This document shows positions 16,193-24,410 of a stretch of DNA of 35,813 nt, piece after piece. A program made the position numbers and the translations under genes. The stretch lies in the IMG/VR virus record IMGVR_UViG_3300045988_082386. One strand, given 5' to 3'. Below the pieces are notes generated by a model. That model did not search any database. It was not told the DNA's origin and worked only from the letters and a program-made list of their open reading frames with translations. Each line of letters starts with the position of its first letter. Within the stretch, counting starts at the first letter, position 1. Origin of the DNA: a virus.

Positions 16193-17835
16193 TCAATAAG
16201 CCCCTCCTTTGAAAGTTCTTGTAATGCCTTTTCTTGCGCTTCTAATATAGGTAAATTATAATTTTTCCCCATATATTTGTCAACTTTATTATCTAAATAT
16301 GTAGCTGGAAATGGCCTATTTCCTACCTTATATTTAAAAACTTTTAAATCATGTGTAATTACTAATCCAAAATCATATTTTCTATATCCAGCAACTACAA
16401 AATCACTACCAGTTGGCAATATATTTGTGGGATGATTGTGTATTCCTATTTTTGATGGCATTTGCCTTATCAATTCAATTTCTTCTTTATTTAATTCTAC
16501 TCCTAAAATATTGTTACTATTCGTTTTAGAAAATAATTTTTTTCCTGCTTTCTTACTAATAATATAAAGATCTTCTCCATCAGTTCCATTTCTATGGGTT
16601 AGCATAGCTTTTGCATATTTTCTTAGAGAATTATTTGTTGCTGAATCATTAGTTAATTGGTTAAATTTCTTTCCAAATTCTTTCTTCATTTTAATCAAAT
16701 CAACATTATTATTTCCAACTCTTTTACTATTAAATTTCCCACTTTCTGCAACCTTTTCTATATTTATGCCATTTGAGAATTCTTTTATATTATTCCATTG
16801 ATTTGTTCTAGTCGCATACTTTTTCTTATTTTCTTCATCTAAAGAATAATTAGATAACCTATCAAACTTATCTACATTCCTCTGTATCAATTTGTTTCTG
16901 TTTTCCTGCTTTTCTGCAATCACAGCCTGCTTCATTTCTTTCTTTGTTATCTTTTCAGGTTTATCAGAAATTCCTGGAAAATATGTACTATGACCATCTT
17001 TGCAATTAGGATGATATAAACCTCCGGCTATTGCCTGTGACATTAATGGATAAGGACCATCACTAGCCTTCCCACCACTCCAAACATCATCAATTAATAT
17101 TTTTCCAGTCCAGTTAGCACATTTAGGACAAGGTAAACCTCTTTTATGAACTACAACGGTTGATATGCCCCATTCCTGACGCTTTGCACCTTCTCCCTGT
17201 AAATATGCCCTAGTGTTTGCTGTTCTTAAAGCCATTGCAGCATAGGAAGCTATATTAACTCTGGCACCATTTTTATACTGTATGCAATTAATGCCTCTTC
17301 CTAAGTAATCTTTTGTAGCCATATCAACTGCTTTCTCGTAAGTACCAGCACCTGTATTAAAATATACCTGTGCATTGAATATTGCTTTTCTATATTGGTC
17401 ATTTGCCATTCTTAGCATTGCAGTTTCAGCACGTCGCATACTACCATTTATTTCATTAAGTAATGCATCAAGTTTTCTATCATTAACACGAAAAAAAGCA
17501 CCTTCAATGGTGCTCTCTGCTTTATGTGTTAATTTCGCTCCTTTTTTAATGGCTTCCAAGATTTCTTTTTCCTGATCTGTTGCTCCGGTTTTTCTATGCA
17601 ACAATATGGATTTGTTAATCTTATCATTTATATCTCTAAACTGCTTATTGAATTTCTTGCTATTTTTCTGTTTATAGATATTTAAAGCCTTTAATTGTTC
17701 TGCTTGCCAGGAAGTCCAATTATAGCCTTCCTTTGTTTCTTCTGCTCTATGATGAGATAAGTTTTTCATCATAGAATTAAGTAGTTCATTTTCTATTGCT
17801 CTAAAAGCTTCCTCTACATCATAATCTTTTGGCAT
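16171..17835 (-). CDS. Head morphogenesis protein (SPP1 gp7 / MuF family) with approximately 250-aa C-terminal extension
   Basis: The MuF core is recognisable (RTANTRAYLQGE...LYHPNCKDGH). The C-terminal extension contains IGIHNHPTNILPTGSDF. SD GGAG is present and the gene follows the portal gene. Confidence 0.85.
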   Translation of the reverse strand: MPKDYDVEEAFRAIENELLNSMMKNLSHHRAEETKEGYNWTSWQAEQLKALNIYKQKNSKKFNKQFRDINDKINKSILLHRKTGATDQEKEILEAIKKGAKLTHKAESTIEGAFFRVNDRKLDALLNEINGSMRRAETAMLRMANDQYRKAIFNAQVYFNTGAGTYEKAVDMATKDYLGRGINCIQYKNGARVNIASYAAMALRTANTRAYLQGEGAKRQEWGISTVVVHKRGLPCPKCANWTGKILIDDVWSGGKASDGPYPLMSQAIAGGLYHPNCKDGHSTYFPGISDKPEKITKKEMKQAVIAEKQENRNKLIQRNVDKFDRLSNYSLDEENKKKYATRTNQWNNIKEFSNGINIEKVAESGKFNSKRVGNNNVDLIKMKKEFGKKFNQLTNDSATNNSLRKYAKAMLTHRNGTDGEDLYIISKKAGKKLFSKTNSNNILGVELNKEEIELIRQMPSKIGIHNHPTNILPTGSDFVVAGYRKYDFGLVITHDLKVFKYKVGNRPFPATYLDNKVDKYMGKNYNLPILEAQEKALQELSKEGLIEWKEILA

Positions 17836-17837
17836 TT

Positions 17838-18062
17838 CTAATCAACTCCATTAGCATATACTCTAAATCCAGCCTTTTTAAACTGTCTTTTCAACTTCTT
17901 TACTTGTGAAACTGAACTACATTTGTCATTACGCATTTCAATCACTTTGTCTTTTTCCAAAGCATATATACCTCTTGGCACCTGCTCGCTTGCTAATCTA
18001 AGTAGGTTCATTGCCTTGTTCTTCGACATCTGATAAACTTTCTTCCCCACTATTACCTTCAT
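17838..18062 (-). CDS. Small basic hypothetical protein between portal and MuF
   Basis: An ORF with SD GGAGA 9 nt upstream of ATG 18062, overlapping the portal 3' end. Internal ATGs at 18029 and 18014 are alternative starts. Confidence 0.45.
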   Translation of the reverse strand: MKVIVGKKVYQMSKNKAMNLLRLASEQVPRGIYALEKDKVIEMRNDKCSSVSQVKKLKRQFKKAGFRVYANGVD

Positions 18063-19539
18063 TAATCATTTCTCCTTCCAACTTTAAAGCCGGTTCTTCC
18101 TCGTCTGTGATTCCCTGCTCTGCTTTTAATCTTGCTACTTCTTCCTTTTTCCATTCTTCGTCCTTTGTATCTCCATACAATTCATCAACAGAAGCTTCAA
18201 CGCTCATAATTCCTTGTGTTTTTGCTTTTCCAACTGTTTCAACCTGACTTTCAAATGATGGATTAGCATATTCGCTGAAATCTATTGTACATTTAATCTC
18301 TGTTGGCATATTGTTCTGACTGATACTAACAACATCAAACACCTTTTGAATAAATAAAGGTATTTGGTCCTGCAATATATCAACTACATTTCCTCTTGTA
18401 TAAAGAGTTGTTTTCTCTTTTTCTCGCTGTGCATCTGCATTATCCAACTTCTTTACATCAATTCCTAATGTGCTTGGACTGATAAGCCCCTGCAAACATA
18501 AATCCAAAGCTGTAATATATGTTGCAAGGTATGAATCGTGTGGAATGGCAGGCTGAGTAACTTCAATTTTATTTTGAGAGTTCTCTGACATATCATCACC
18601 CTTTATTATGTAAGAATTATCAAATGCGTTGGACTTAATTATTGCTCCAGTATCAGGATTTCTTGGAAGTAATGATTCAGGAATCCACTCCTTGCTTCTG
18701 CCTTTTCTTAATGCATCCATCCATTGACTCCATGCTTCATCAAGCGCATCAAAATCATCTGTCTTTTTATCAAATATTGACTGTCCTCTACCTTCCCATT
18801 TTGGACTTTTACCATACTTAATCGGATGTGCCATTATCAGGGATTTATCAAATCCCATGTCTACTAAATTACTTAAAATCGGGATAGTATTTAGTGGCAC
18901 TTCGATATTGTCTGTTTCTCTGTAAAGTTTGTATCTGATGTAACCATATCCATAATGTTCCTTTAACACATACACTGTTTCGTTATGTGTATATTCTGTT
19001 ATAAATACAACTTCCTGTATTCTTCCCCTGTTATACACATAATCAACCTTATCTGCTCCATAAAACTCAATAATAGGATACATGCTTATACTTTCATCTA
19101 AAGATAATTTAAAAGCACCATCACCAAGAATAAGCATTTTAGTTACTGCATCTTTCAATATTTCTTTGAAATTGTTATCCTTGGAAATATCATTCCATTC
19201 TCTTTTATCTGATTCCTTATTAAAAGAAATCTGGCTAAAATCATTGATAACTATGTCTGTAAGTCTATCAACAATTATTCCAGGTAAACCTGTATGAATT
19301 TTTCTTATTTCTCTACCAACAGTTGACTTTGCAGCCCAAAACTTCACACCATCATCACCACCGGGAATATTCTGATAAAACTGTGTTAATTCATAACTTT
19401 CACCACGATACCAAATGATATTCTTTACACAGTTTCCATCATGATCTAATAATTCTCTAATACTAAAGGTCTGTTTTGGAGCATCTTGTATTTTCAAAAA
19501 ATGTCTTATTCCATCTCTCATTTTATCCATTAACCTCAT
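17998..19539 (-). CDS. Portal protein (SPP1 gp6-like)
   Basis: 513 aa. It has the ATGA overlap with terL, the IWYRGES...FWAA...KIHTGLPG pattern and an acidic C-terminus. Confidence 0.88.
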   Translation of the reverse strand: MRLMDKMRDGIRHFLKIQDAPKQTFSIRELLDHDGNCVKNIIWYRGESYELTQFYQNIPGGDDGVKFWAAKSTVGREIRKIHTGLPGIIVDRLTDIVINDFSQISFNKESDKREWNDISKDNNFKEILKDAVTKMLILGDGAFKLSLDESISMYPIIEFYGADKVDYVYNRGRIQEVVFITEYTHNETVYVLKEHYGYGYIRYKLYRETDNIEVPLNTIPILSNLVDMGFDKSLIMAHPIKYGKSPKWEGRGQSIFDKKTDDFDALDEAWSQWMDALRKGRSKEWIPESLLPRNPDTGAIIKSNAFDNSYIIKGDDMSENSQNKIEVTQPAIPHDSYLATYITALDLCLQGLISPSTLGIDVKKLDNADAQREKEKTTLYTRGNVVDILQDQIPLFIQKVFDVVSISQNNMPTEIKCTIDFSEYANPSFESQVETVGKAKTQGIMSVEASVDELYGDTKDEEWKKEEVARLKAEQGITDEEEPALKLEGEMINEGNSGEESLSDVEEQGNEPT

Positions 19540-20924
19540 TCTTTTTTAACTCCTATTTTCTTTCTGTATGGAATCCAGCTGTACTGAACAGAATTGACCA
19601 TATGATCATTTCCATCTTCCGGTTCCTGGTCCTTTTCTTCTAACCAAGAATACTTCTCTAACTCTTTTATGTATTCCCTACAAGTCTCTACAATATAAAA
19701 ACTTGGCTGAATGTCTTTATCATCTTTAAAGTTCATCCAACCAAGCTGTAATATAATTCTGTCTATAATTTTCACAGCTTTATATGCAGGATTAAATACA
19801 TATAAGCACTGCGCATGTTCTCTCTTAAATTTGTTTAACTCTGTAATAGTTGCCGCATCTGCTGAATCAACAAATACGTGCTTTGCAATCCCCCATTCTT
19901 TTCTGTTTCTTTCTAAGAAATCATAATAGTTATTTGCAGTATCAGATGGAGCTACAGGAGTGCCTATTTCAGCATTGTTGTAAACTCTTTCATCTAAAAG
20001 AATGTATCTTCCTTTGTTGGTAATTCCTGCAAAACTCATTGAAATGGTATCAGGGCTTTTTGTTGAGTAAGCAGTATCTAATCCACTTGTATATATTTCA
20101 AACCATTCGGTCTGTTTCTTATCAGCCCTGTTTCTAACAAATACTTTTGCATCAGAAACTGTAATTAGATGATGTTTTCTATCAAATATACTAAATACAA
20201 GACCTGTTGCCTTTCCTCTAAGACCTAATATCTTGTTTTTGTACATCTTAGTTCCCACAGGAACTGCATCTATTTTGTCCTGAATATCCTGCTCTGTTAA
20301 ACTGGCATTATCATAAAAAGTAAAATACCAATGAACCCAACCAACTTTTTCAGGCTCATTTAGTTCTGCCAGCAGTTCTTCCGGATAATCTTTGACATAT
20401 TTCTTCAAAGGTCTACTGTGGTTGATAAACTCTTTATATACAAGCAAGTCCGGACTATCAGGATTTGACGTAGTCATCATATACTTGCATCTATGTGAGA
20501 TTTCTCTTAAAAACTCCATATCAGCAGTATTAACTTCATCAATGTACACACAACCTTGCTGTGAACCTAATACCTTTTTCCAACGTGCTTTATTATCATA
20601 ACCACAGACATATATTATCTTTTCACCATTTGGTGTCTGATACTTAATGTGTGATAGACCAATTCTGCCTTGACCTTTAGGATAATATTCAGCTAGACCA
20701 TCAAACTGGTCTAAAAGTCCTCTTTCATTGTTGATTACATTCTTTTCAACTGTACCAAGGTCTGCTCCGGCAATAACATGATACTTAATATCACTCTTTG
20801 CTACCATAAGCATAAACTTAAATATACCTACTGTAGTTTTTCCTGCTGCAGTAGTTCCCTCAAGGAAATCTCGCTTGGTTTCCGTTAAGATAAACTCTTT
20901 AAATTTAGGTGATAATTGTAACAA
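19536..20924 (-). CDS. terL: Terminase large subunit
   Basis: A Walker A-like GTTAAGKT motif lies near the N-terminus, with a C-terminal nuclease-type region. The start is TTG with SD AGGGTG. The gene follows terS. Confidence 0.92.
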   Translation of the reverse strand: MLQLSPKFKEFILTETKRDFLEGTTAAGKTTVGIFKFMLMVAKSDIKYHVIAGADLGTVEKNVINNERGLLDQFDGLAEYYPKGQGRIGLSHIKYQTPNGEKIIYVCGYDNKARWKKVLGSQQGCVYIDEVNTADMEFLREISHRCKYMMTTSNPDSPDLLVYKEFINHSRPLKKYVKDYPEELLAELNEPEKVGWVHWYFTFYDNASLTEQDIQDKIDAVPVGTKMYKNKILGLRGKATGLVFSIFDRKHHLITVSDAKVFVRNRADKKQTEWFEIYTSGLDTAYSTKSPDTISMSFAGITNKGRYILLDERVYNNAEIGTPVAPSDTANNYYDFLERNRKEWGIAKHVFVDSADAATITELNKFKREHAQCLYVFNPAYKAVKIIDRIILQLGWMNFKDDKDIQPSFYIVETCREYIKELEKYSWLEEKDQEPEDGNDHMVNSVQYSWIPYRKKIGVKKE

Positions 20925-20926
20925 TA

Positions 20927-21415
20927 CTAATCACCCTCTCTTACAGGCTTAATCTGTTCCAATATGCTGGCTATGTTATCCAATTTTTCAGCTTTCTTTT
21001 CCTCTGCCTCATTGTTTACATCTACTTTGTCTGTATATAAACCATATCTCTTGCCAAGAAGTTCGGCTGCTTTTAATCTCTCTTTCTCTGATGGTGGCTT
21101 TTCAATTGTTCTTGCTTCACTGCATCCATCTCCTATTCCCTCAACTACTAACTCACTTGAAGAACTTTCCCCTCTAAGCACTGACGTTAAATATTCAAGC
21201 ACTTCCTGAGCATCTGCTGTTCTTTCATTATGCAATTCAGCCAATTGCTTTTCTATGTACTCTTTAATCTCCGGCTTATTCATAAGTCTTGAAGCAGCTG
21301 CAGCCGCAACATTATCATTCTTAACACTTGGATAAGCTTTCTTATAAGCCAATGTTTTATTAAATTCAGTATCTGATAAAAGTTCATCACAAAATTTCTG
21401 TTCTTTAATTGTCAC
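20927..21415 (-). CDS. terS: Terminase small subunit (Terminase_2/P27-like)
   Basis: EQKFCDELL...NKTLAYKKAYP....AAAAASRLMNKPEIKEYI is the classic pattern. The start is moved to GTG 21415 (SD AAAGGAG, 8-nt spacer), because the ORF-track GTG at 21424 lies inside the SD. Confidence 0.88.
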   Translation of the reverse strand: MTIKEQKFCDELLSDTEFNKTLAYKKAYPSVKNDNVAAAAASRLMNKPEIKEYIEKQLAELHNERTADAQEVLEYLTSVLRGESSSSELVVEGIGDGCSEARTIEKPPSEKERLKAAELLGKRYGLYTDKVDVNNEAEEKKAEKLDNIASILEQIKPVREGD

Positions 21416-21457
21416 TACAACCACTCCTTTCTACTTACGCATTTATTTTTGAACACG

Positions 21458-21484
21458 AAAAAAGACACCATAAGGTGCCTTTTC
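21458..21484 (-). terminator. Promoter-proximal intrinsic terminator upstream of terS
   Basis: On the minus strand, AAAAGGCACC-TTAT-GGTGTCTTTT is followed by TTCG. The GC core has one G.U pair and the T6 tract follows. Confidence 0.6.
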
Positions 21485-21552
21485 CGAACTATACTAATTA
21501 TCTTATGGGGGAATGAAAAAATTAAAACATCAACCATTCTTAACACAATACC

Positions 21553-21598
21553 ATTATAGCATTATGTAATGTGAACTAATATGTCCTATTGTGAACTA
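21553..21598 (-). promoter_or_regulatory. Candidate activator-dependent late promoter with two TAGTTCACA repeats
   Basis: On the minus strand there is an extended -10, TGCTATAAT (hexamer at 21553-21558), but no -35 consensus. Direct repeats TAGTTCACA lie at 21570-21578 and 21590-21598, 20 bp apart. Confidence 0.45.
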
Positions 21599-22018
21599 TG
21601 CTAATTTGTTAATTTTTCTAAACTCTTCCAAAGCTCTGCCATGTAACTTTAGAATCCATCTATAACTATAGTTCATTTCCATTGCTATCTCTTCCCACTT
21701 CTTGCTCTGGCAATACCGCTTGTACAGTATCTGCTCATAGTCAGTGTTGTTTAACTTCTGTATGCTAATAATTACCTCTGCTCTAGCTAAAGCAAATTCA
21801 CGCATAAGATTGTTCCAATTATCTTCCTTTTCGTTTATCTTGCATATTGTCTCAGCCATCTTGTCCTGTGCTCCAGAAGACATTACTCTCTCTTGCTGCT
21901 GAACTGCACCGGTACTTACCACCATTTCTCTCAATGTGTCTATCTCTTCTTTAAGCATCTTCATTTTTGATTCAAGATTTCTTACCTGATTAAGATACTC
22001 CTTTGCTGTCATTTCCAC
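21596..22018 (-). CDS. Late-gene transcriptional activator (DUF1492 / RinA- or ArpU-like, sigma region-4-like HTH)
   Basis: An N-terminal coiled coil is followed by YEQILYKRYCQSKKWEEIAMEMNYSYRWILKLHGRALEEF, a sigma-70 region-4-type HTH. It lies immediately upstream of terS. Confidence 0.75.
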   Translation of the reverse strand: MEMTAKEYLNQVRNLESKMKMLKEEIDTLREMVVSTGAVQQQERVMSSGAQDKMAETICKINEKEDNWNNLMREFALARAEVIISIQKLNNTDYEQILYKRYCQSKKWEEIAMEMNYSYRWILKLHGRALEEFRKINKLA

Positions 22019-22121
22019 TGTTTTTCTTTTCCTCCTCTTTGTACTCTTCCTGTCCTAATTTATACATGCAATATCCTAGAAATACTGCATTTATTAACAA
22101 AAGTATGTATGCTATTATCAC
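21990..22121 (-). CDS. Small membrane peptide (43 aa), below ORF-track cutoff
   Basis: GTG 22121 has SD GGAGAG 6 nt upstream. Translation is MIIAYILLLINAVFLGYCMYKLGQEEYKEEEKKNSGNDSKGVS, giving one TM helix and a charged tail. It overlaps the activator start in another frame. Confidence 0.4.
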   Translation of the reverse strand: MIIAYILLLINAVFLGYCMYKLGQEEYKEEEKKNSGNDSKGVS

Positions 22122-22142
22122 TGCTCACTCTCCTTCCGGGCA

Positions 22143-22176
22143 TAAAAAAACCAACCACCGAATATTGGTAGTTGGT
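22143..22176 (-). terminator. Strong intrinsic terminator after moron gene
   Basis: On the minus strand, CCAACTACC-AATATTC-GGTGGTTGG (9-bp stem, one U.G pair) is followed by TTTTTTTAT. Confidence 0.8.
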
Positions 22177-22202
22177 CTGTTTTCTAACTATAGAACTATT
22201 CA

Positions 22203-22604
22203 TTAATCTTCATTCTCAAAGAGATGCTTATATTTGATATCATTACCATATAATGCTGGAAAAACTTCCTTCCAGCATCCTTCTTCCCAAAATGCCTTTG
22301 CTATAAATTCGCAAAAATGATATTCAATGGCTGGATTTCTATGACTAGCCGCTATAAATCCTCCAAATATATCTTGAATTGATGTCTCGTATTCTGCACT
22401 TGAAACAGATATACCATTTTCAATTTTATTACGCATATCTTCCATCACATCTTGAATTTGTAAATATTCATCTCTAGTTATGTTGTATTCTAGAAAAATT
22501 CTACTAACTTCAGAATTATCTAATATTAATTTTTCTCTAAATTCTAATTGCTCTACTCTTTGGGATAATTCCCCATATTTTTTGTTTAATTCTTCAATAT
22601 TCAT
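22203..22604 (-). CDS. Moron-encoded hypothetical protein (DUF1878/YhaI-like)
   Basis: It has its own promoter, SD AGGAGGA and terminator. The RVEQLEFREKLIL... and F.EFIAKAF patterns are reminiscent of DUF1878. Function is unknown. Confidence 0.7.
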   Translation of the reverse strand: MNIEELNKKYGELSQRVEQLEFREKLILDNSEVSRIFLEYNITRDEYLQIQDVMEDMRNKIENGISVSSAEYETSIQDIFGGFIAASHRNPAIEYHFCEFIAKAFWEEGCWKEVFPALYGNDIKYKHLFENED

Positions 22605-22639
22605 ATCTTATCCTCCTATCCTAAATATTTATTGACATA

Positions 22640-22668
22640 ATTATATCATTCCAACTACCAATATTCAA
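22640..22668 (-). promoter_or_regulatory. Sigma-A-type promoter of moron gene
   Basis: On the minus strand: TTGAAT (22663-22668), a 17-nt spacer, then TGATATAAT (extended -10, hexamer 22640-22645). Confidence 0.65.
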
Positions 22669-22688
22669 TTGTCAATGTTCTGTCGCTT

Positions 22689-22775
22689 TTATTCTTCTTC
22701 GCTGTCTCCAGCTTGTACACTCTCGCACATTCTGCACTCATCACAAGGTGCTTCAATTCCGAATATGCACGCCAT
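22689..22775 (-). CDS. Possible 28-aa Cys-rich peptide
   Basis: ATG 22775 lies directly after the TAG of the upstream gene. Translation is MACIFGIEAPCDECRMCESVQAGDSEEE. The SD is only weak (GGTGA). Confidence 0.25.
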   Translation of the reverse strand: MACIFGIEAPCDECRMCESVQAGDSEEE

Positions 22776-23054
22776 CTAATCACCTGCCTTCTCTTTCAGT
22801 CTAATTGCAAGCACAACATAATCTTTTTCTAAGCCCCATCCACTAAGCACATATGTAATCTCATATAACTTATCGTGTAAAGGGTGTTTTGTGTACCTTC
22901 TTCCATCTAGTCTGTTTCCATATTCATCAGCAACTTCAAACCTGATAAGGTCACCTTTCTGATAACCTCTATCGTTTTTTCTTATCTCGAAATTTTTATT
23001 CCCAATGATTATTTCATCTGCGAATTGTTTTAGTATTTTTAATTTGTGTGTCAC
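22776..23054 (-). CDS. DUF3850 (ASCH/PUA-like fold) protein
   Basis: HKLKILKQFADEIIIGNKNFEIRKNDRGYQKGDLIRF matches the DUF3850 signature as I recall it. The GTG start forms a GTGA overlap with the upstream stop, and SD GAGAGG is present. Confidence 0.75.
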   Translation of the reverse strand: MTHKLKILKQFADEIIIGNKNFEIRKNDRGYQKGDLIRFEVADEYGNRLDGRRYTKHPLHDKLYEITYVLSGWGLEKDYVVLAIRLKEKAGD

Positions 23055-23347
23055 TTTTTTACCTCTCTCTTCACTATATTTTTACTTTCTATAAATGCAG
23101 CCATCTTGTCTGCCATTTTATCGCCTGTTTTAAAATCTCCTACTTCGTAACATATTTGTTGACGACTATCTAATCTTGCTATTTTTTCGTCTAACTGTGC
23201 TATGACCTTATCCACGTCATAGGCTGTCGGTTGATTTTCAATAAATTCATCAATTCCCATAAATTCATAATCTTTTCTTAAATCACAATCACCTTCTAGC
23301 GATTCGTGTAATACTTCAATTAACTTATCTGCATCTATTAATCGCAT
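23051..23347 (-). CDS. Hypothetical early protein
   Basis: The start is set to ATG 23347 (MRLIDADKL...) with SD AAAGGAG upstream. Confidence 0.55.
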   Translation of the reverse strand: MRLIDADKLIEVLHESLEGDCDLRKDYEFMGIDEFIENQPTAYDVDKVIAQLDEKIARLDSRQQICYEVGDFKTGDKMADKMAAFIESKNIVKREVKK

Positions 23348-23352
23348 TCTAA

Positions 23353-23547
23353 TCACTCTCCTTTCAGCATTTCACCTGTTCCACCATCTAATTTATTTCT
23401 ATGCATAGGTTTAATCTTTAATCTGTAGCACAAAAGATTCAATATAGAACATGCTTCACTGTCGAGTACACTATGTCCTTTTGTGTTATATATTTTTGCT
23501 ATTTCTCTTGCTACTTTCTTTTTACTAATAAATCCTAAATTATTCAT
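23353..23547 (-). CDS. Hypothetical early protein
   Basis: An ORF with SD AAAGGACAGGAAG. Confidence 0.5.
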   Translation of the reverse strand: MNNLGFISKKKVAREIAKIYNTKGHSVLDSEACSILNLLCYRLKIKPMHRNKLDGGTGEMLKGE

Positions 23548-23570
23548 CTTCCTGTCCTTTCTTATTTGAC

Positions 23571-23771
23571 TTATTCAAAATAACCTGTTGTATAATTTAC
23601 TCTTATGGGTTTATCACCTATAACTTCCGTTTTTAATGACGCATCTTCAAGGGACAATATAACTGTGCAGTCATTTAGTTCGAAAACTACTGTGTCACCA
23701 TCATTGATTTTTTCATCTTCACCAAACTCTCTCTTAAAAGCATCAATTAAAATTAGTAATAAATCATCCAT
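23571..23771 (-). CDS. Hypothetical early protein (acidic)
   Basis: An ORF with SD GAGGAA. Confidence 0.5.
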   Translation of the reverse strand: MDDLLLILIDAFKREFGEDEKINDGDTVVFELNDCTVILSLEDASLKTEVIGDKPIRVNYTTGYFE

Positions 23772-23773
23772 AT

Positions 23774-24163
23774 CTATTCCTCACTTTCTGCTAGTTTTGC
23801 GTATTTCCAAGACTTTACAGCATATTCATTATTTGCTGTCCAAGATGTAGCTCCATACTTCCACGCATAGACTTTCCCGTCTTCAAATTTAGCAAAATAT
23901 CTTTTAGTCCATTCACTGCTTTCATAATCTCTAACCAGAATTGGTGTATCAACCTCAACCTTGCTCCAATCGACCTGTTCAACGTGTTCAGATTGTAGCC
24001 ACTGCTCTACCTTTTTAGGACTACAAGCGTCTTGGTCCTTGAACACACAATCTAAACAGAAAAGCTCATCACACATTTTCGGCTTTCCCGTTATTGAATC
24101 GATACCTATGTGTCTAATTATTATTTCCTTTAATTCATCTTTGTAATATTCAATATTAAGCAT
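23774..24163 (-). CDS. Hypothetical early protein
   Basis: An ORF with SD AGGAGGA. Confidence 0.55.
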   Translation of the reverse strand: MLNIEYYKDELKEIIIRHIGIDSITGKPKMCDELFCLDCVFKDQDACSPKKVEQWLQSEHVEQVDWSKVEVDTPILVRDYESSEWTKRYFAKFEDGKVYAWKYGATSWTANNEYAVKSWKYAKLAESEE

Positions 24164-24239
24164 AATATAATATCCTCCTATTTTTAAAATTATTAGCTGA
24201 ATCTAGTGTAATATCTTATATGTATATGCATATTCTCCT

Positions 24240-24407
24240 TTATGCTTCGAAATTAAACTCATCAGATGAAATCTTGATGTTGATAATCTTCTGATAAATA
24301 TCAACATACATTTCATCCTTGTCTCTGTTGTATGTAACTTCCGCATACTTGTTACCCATTGGCTGTCCCCAAATGGTACACTTGTCATTCCTCTCACTCC
24401 TTAACAT
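24240..24407 (-). CDS. Possible small protein (55 aa, or 39 aa from internal ATG); frame ambiguous
   Basis: The frame giving ...MGNKYAEVTYNRDKDEMYVDIYQKIINIKISSDEFNFEA has typical composition. The overlapping 24203..24397 frame has the better SD but an atypical basic, Ser/Thr/His-rich composition. Confidence 0.3.
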   Translation of the reverse strand: MLRSERNDKCTIWGQPMGNKYAEVTYNRDKDEMYVDIYQKIINIKISSDEFNFEA

Positions 24408-24410
24408 TTC

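Noticed and set aside
24203-24397. 64-aa minus-strand ORF-track call between the PAPS-reductase-like gene and 23774..24163
   Set aside because: An internal ATG (24388) has a good SD. However, the product is strongly basic, rich in Ser/Thr/His/Arg, and uses the rare codon CGG. The overlapping frame (24240..24407) looks more protein-like. The two cannot be resolved without data, so neither is called with confidence.
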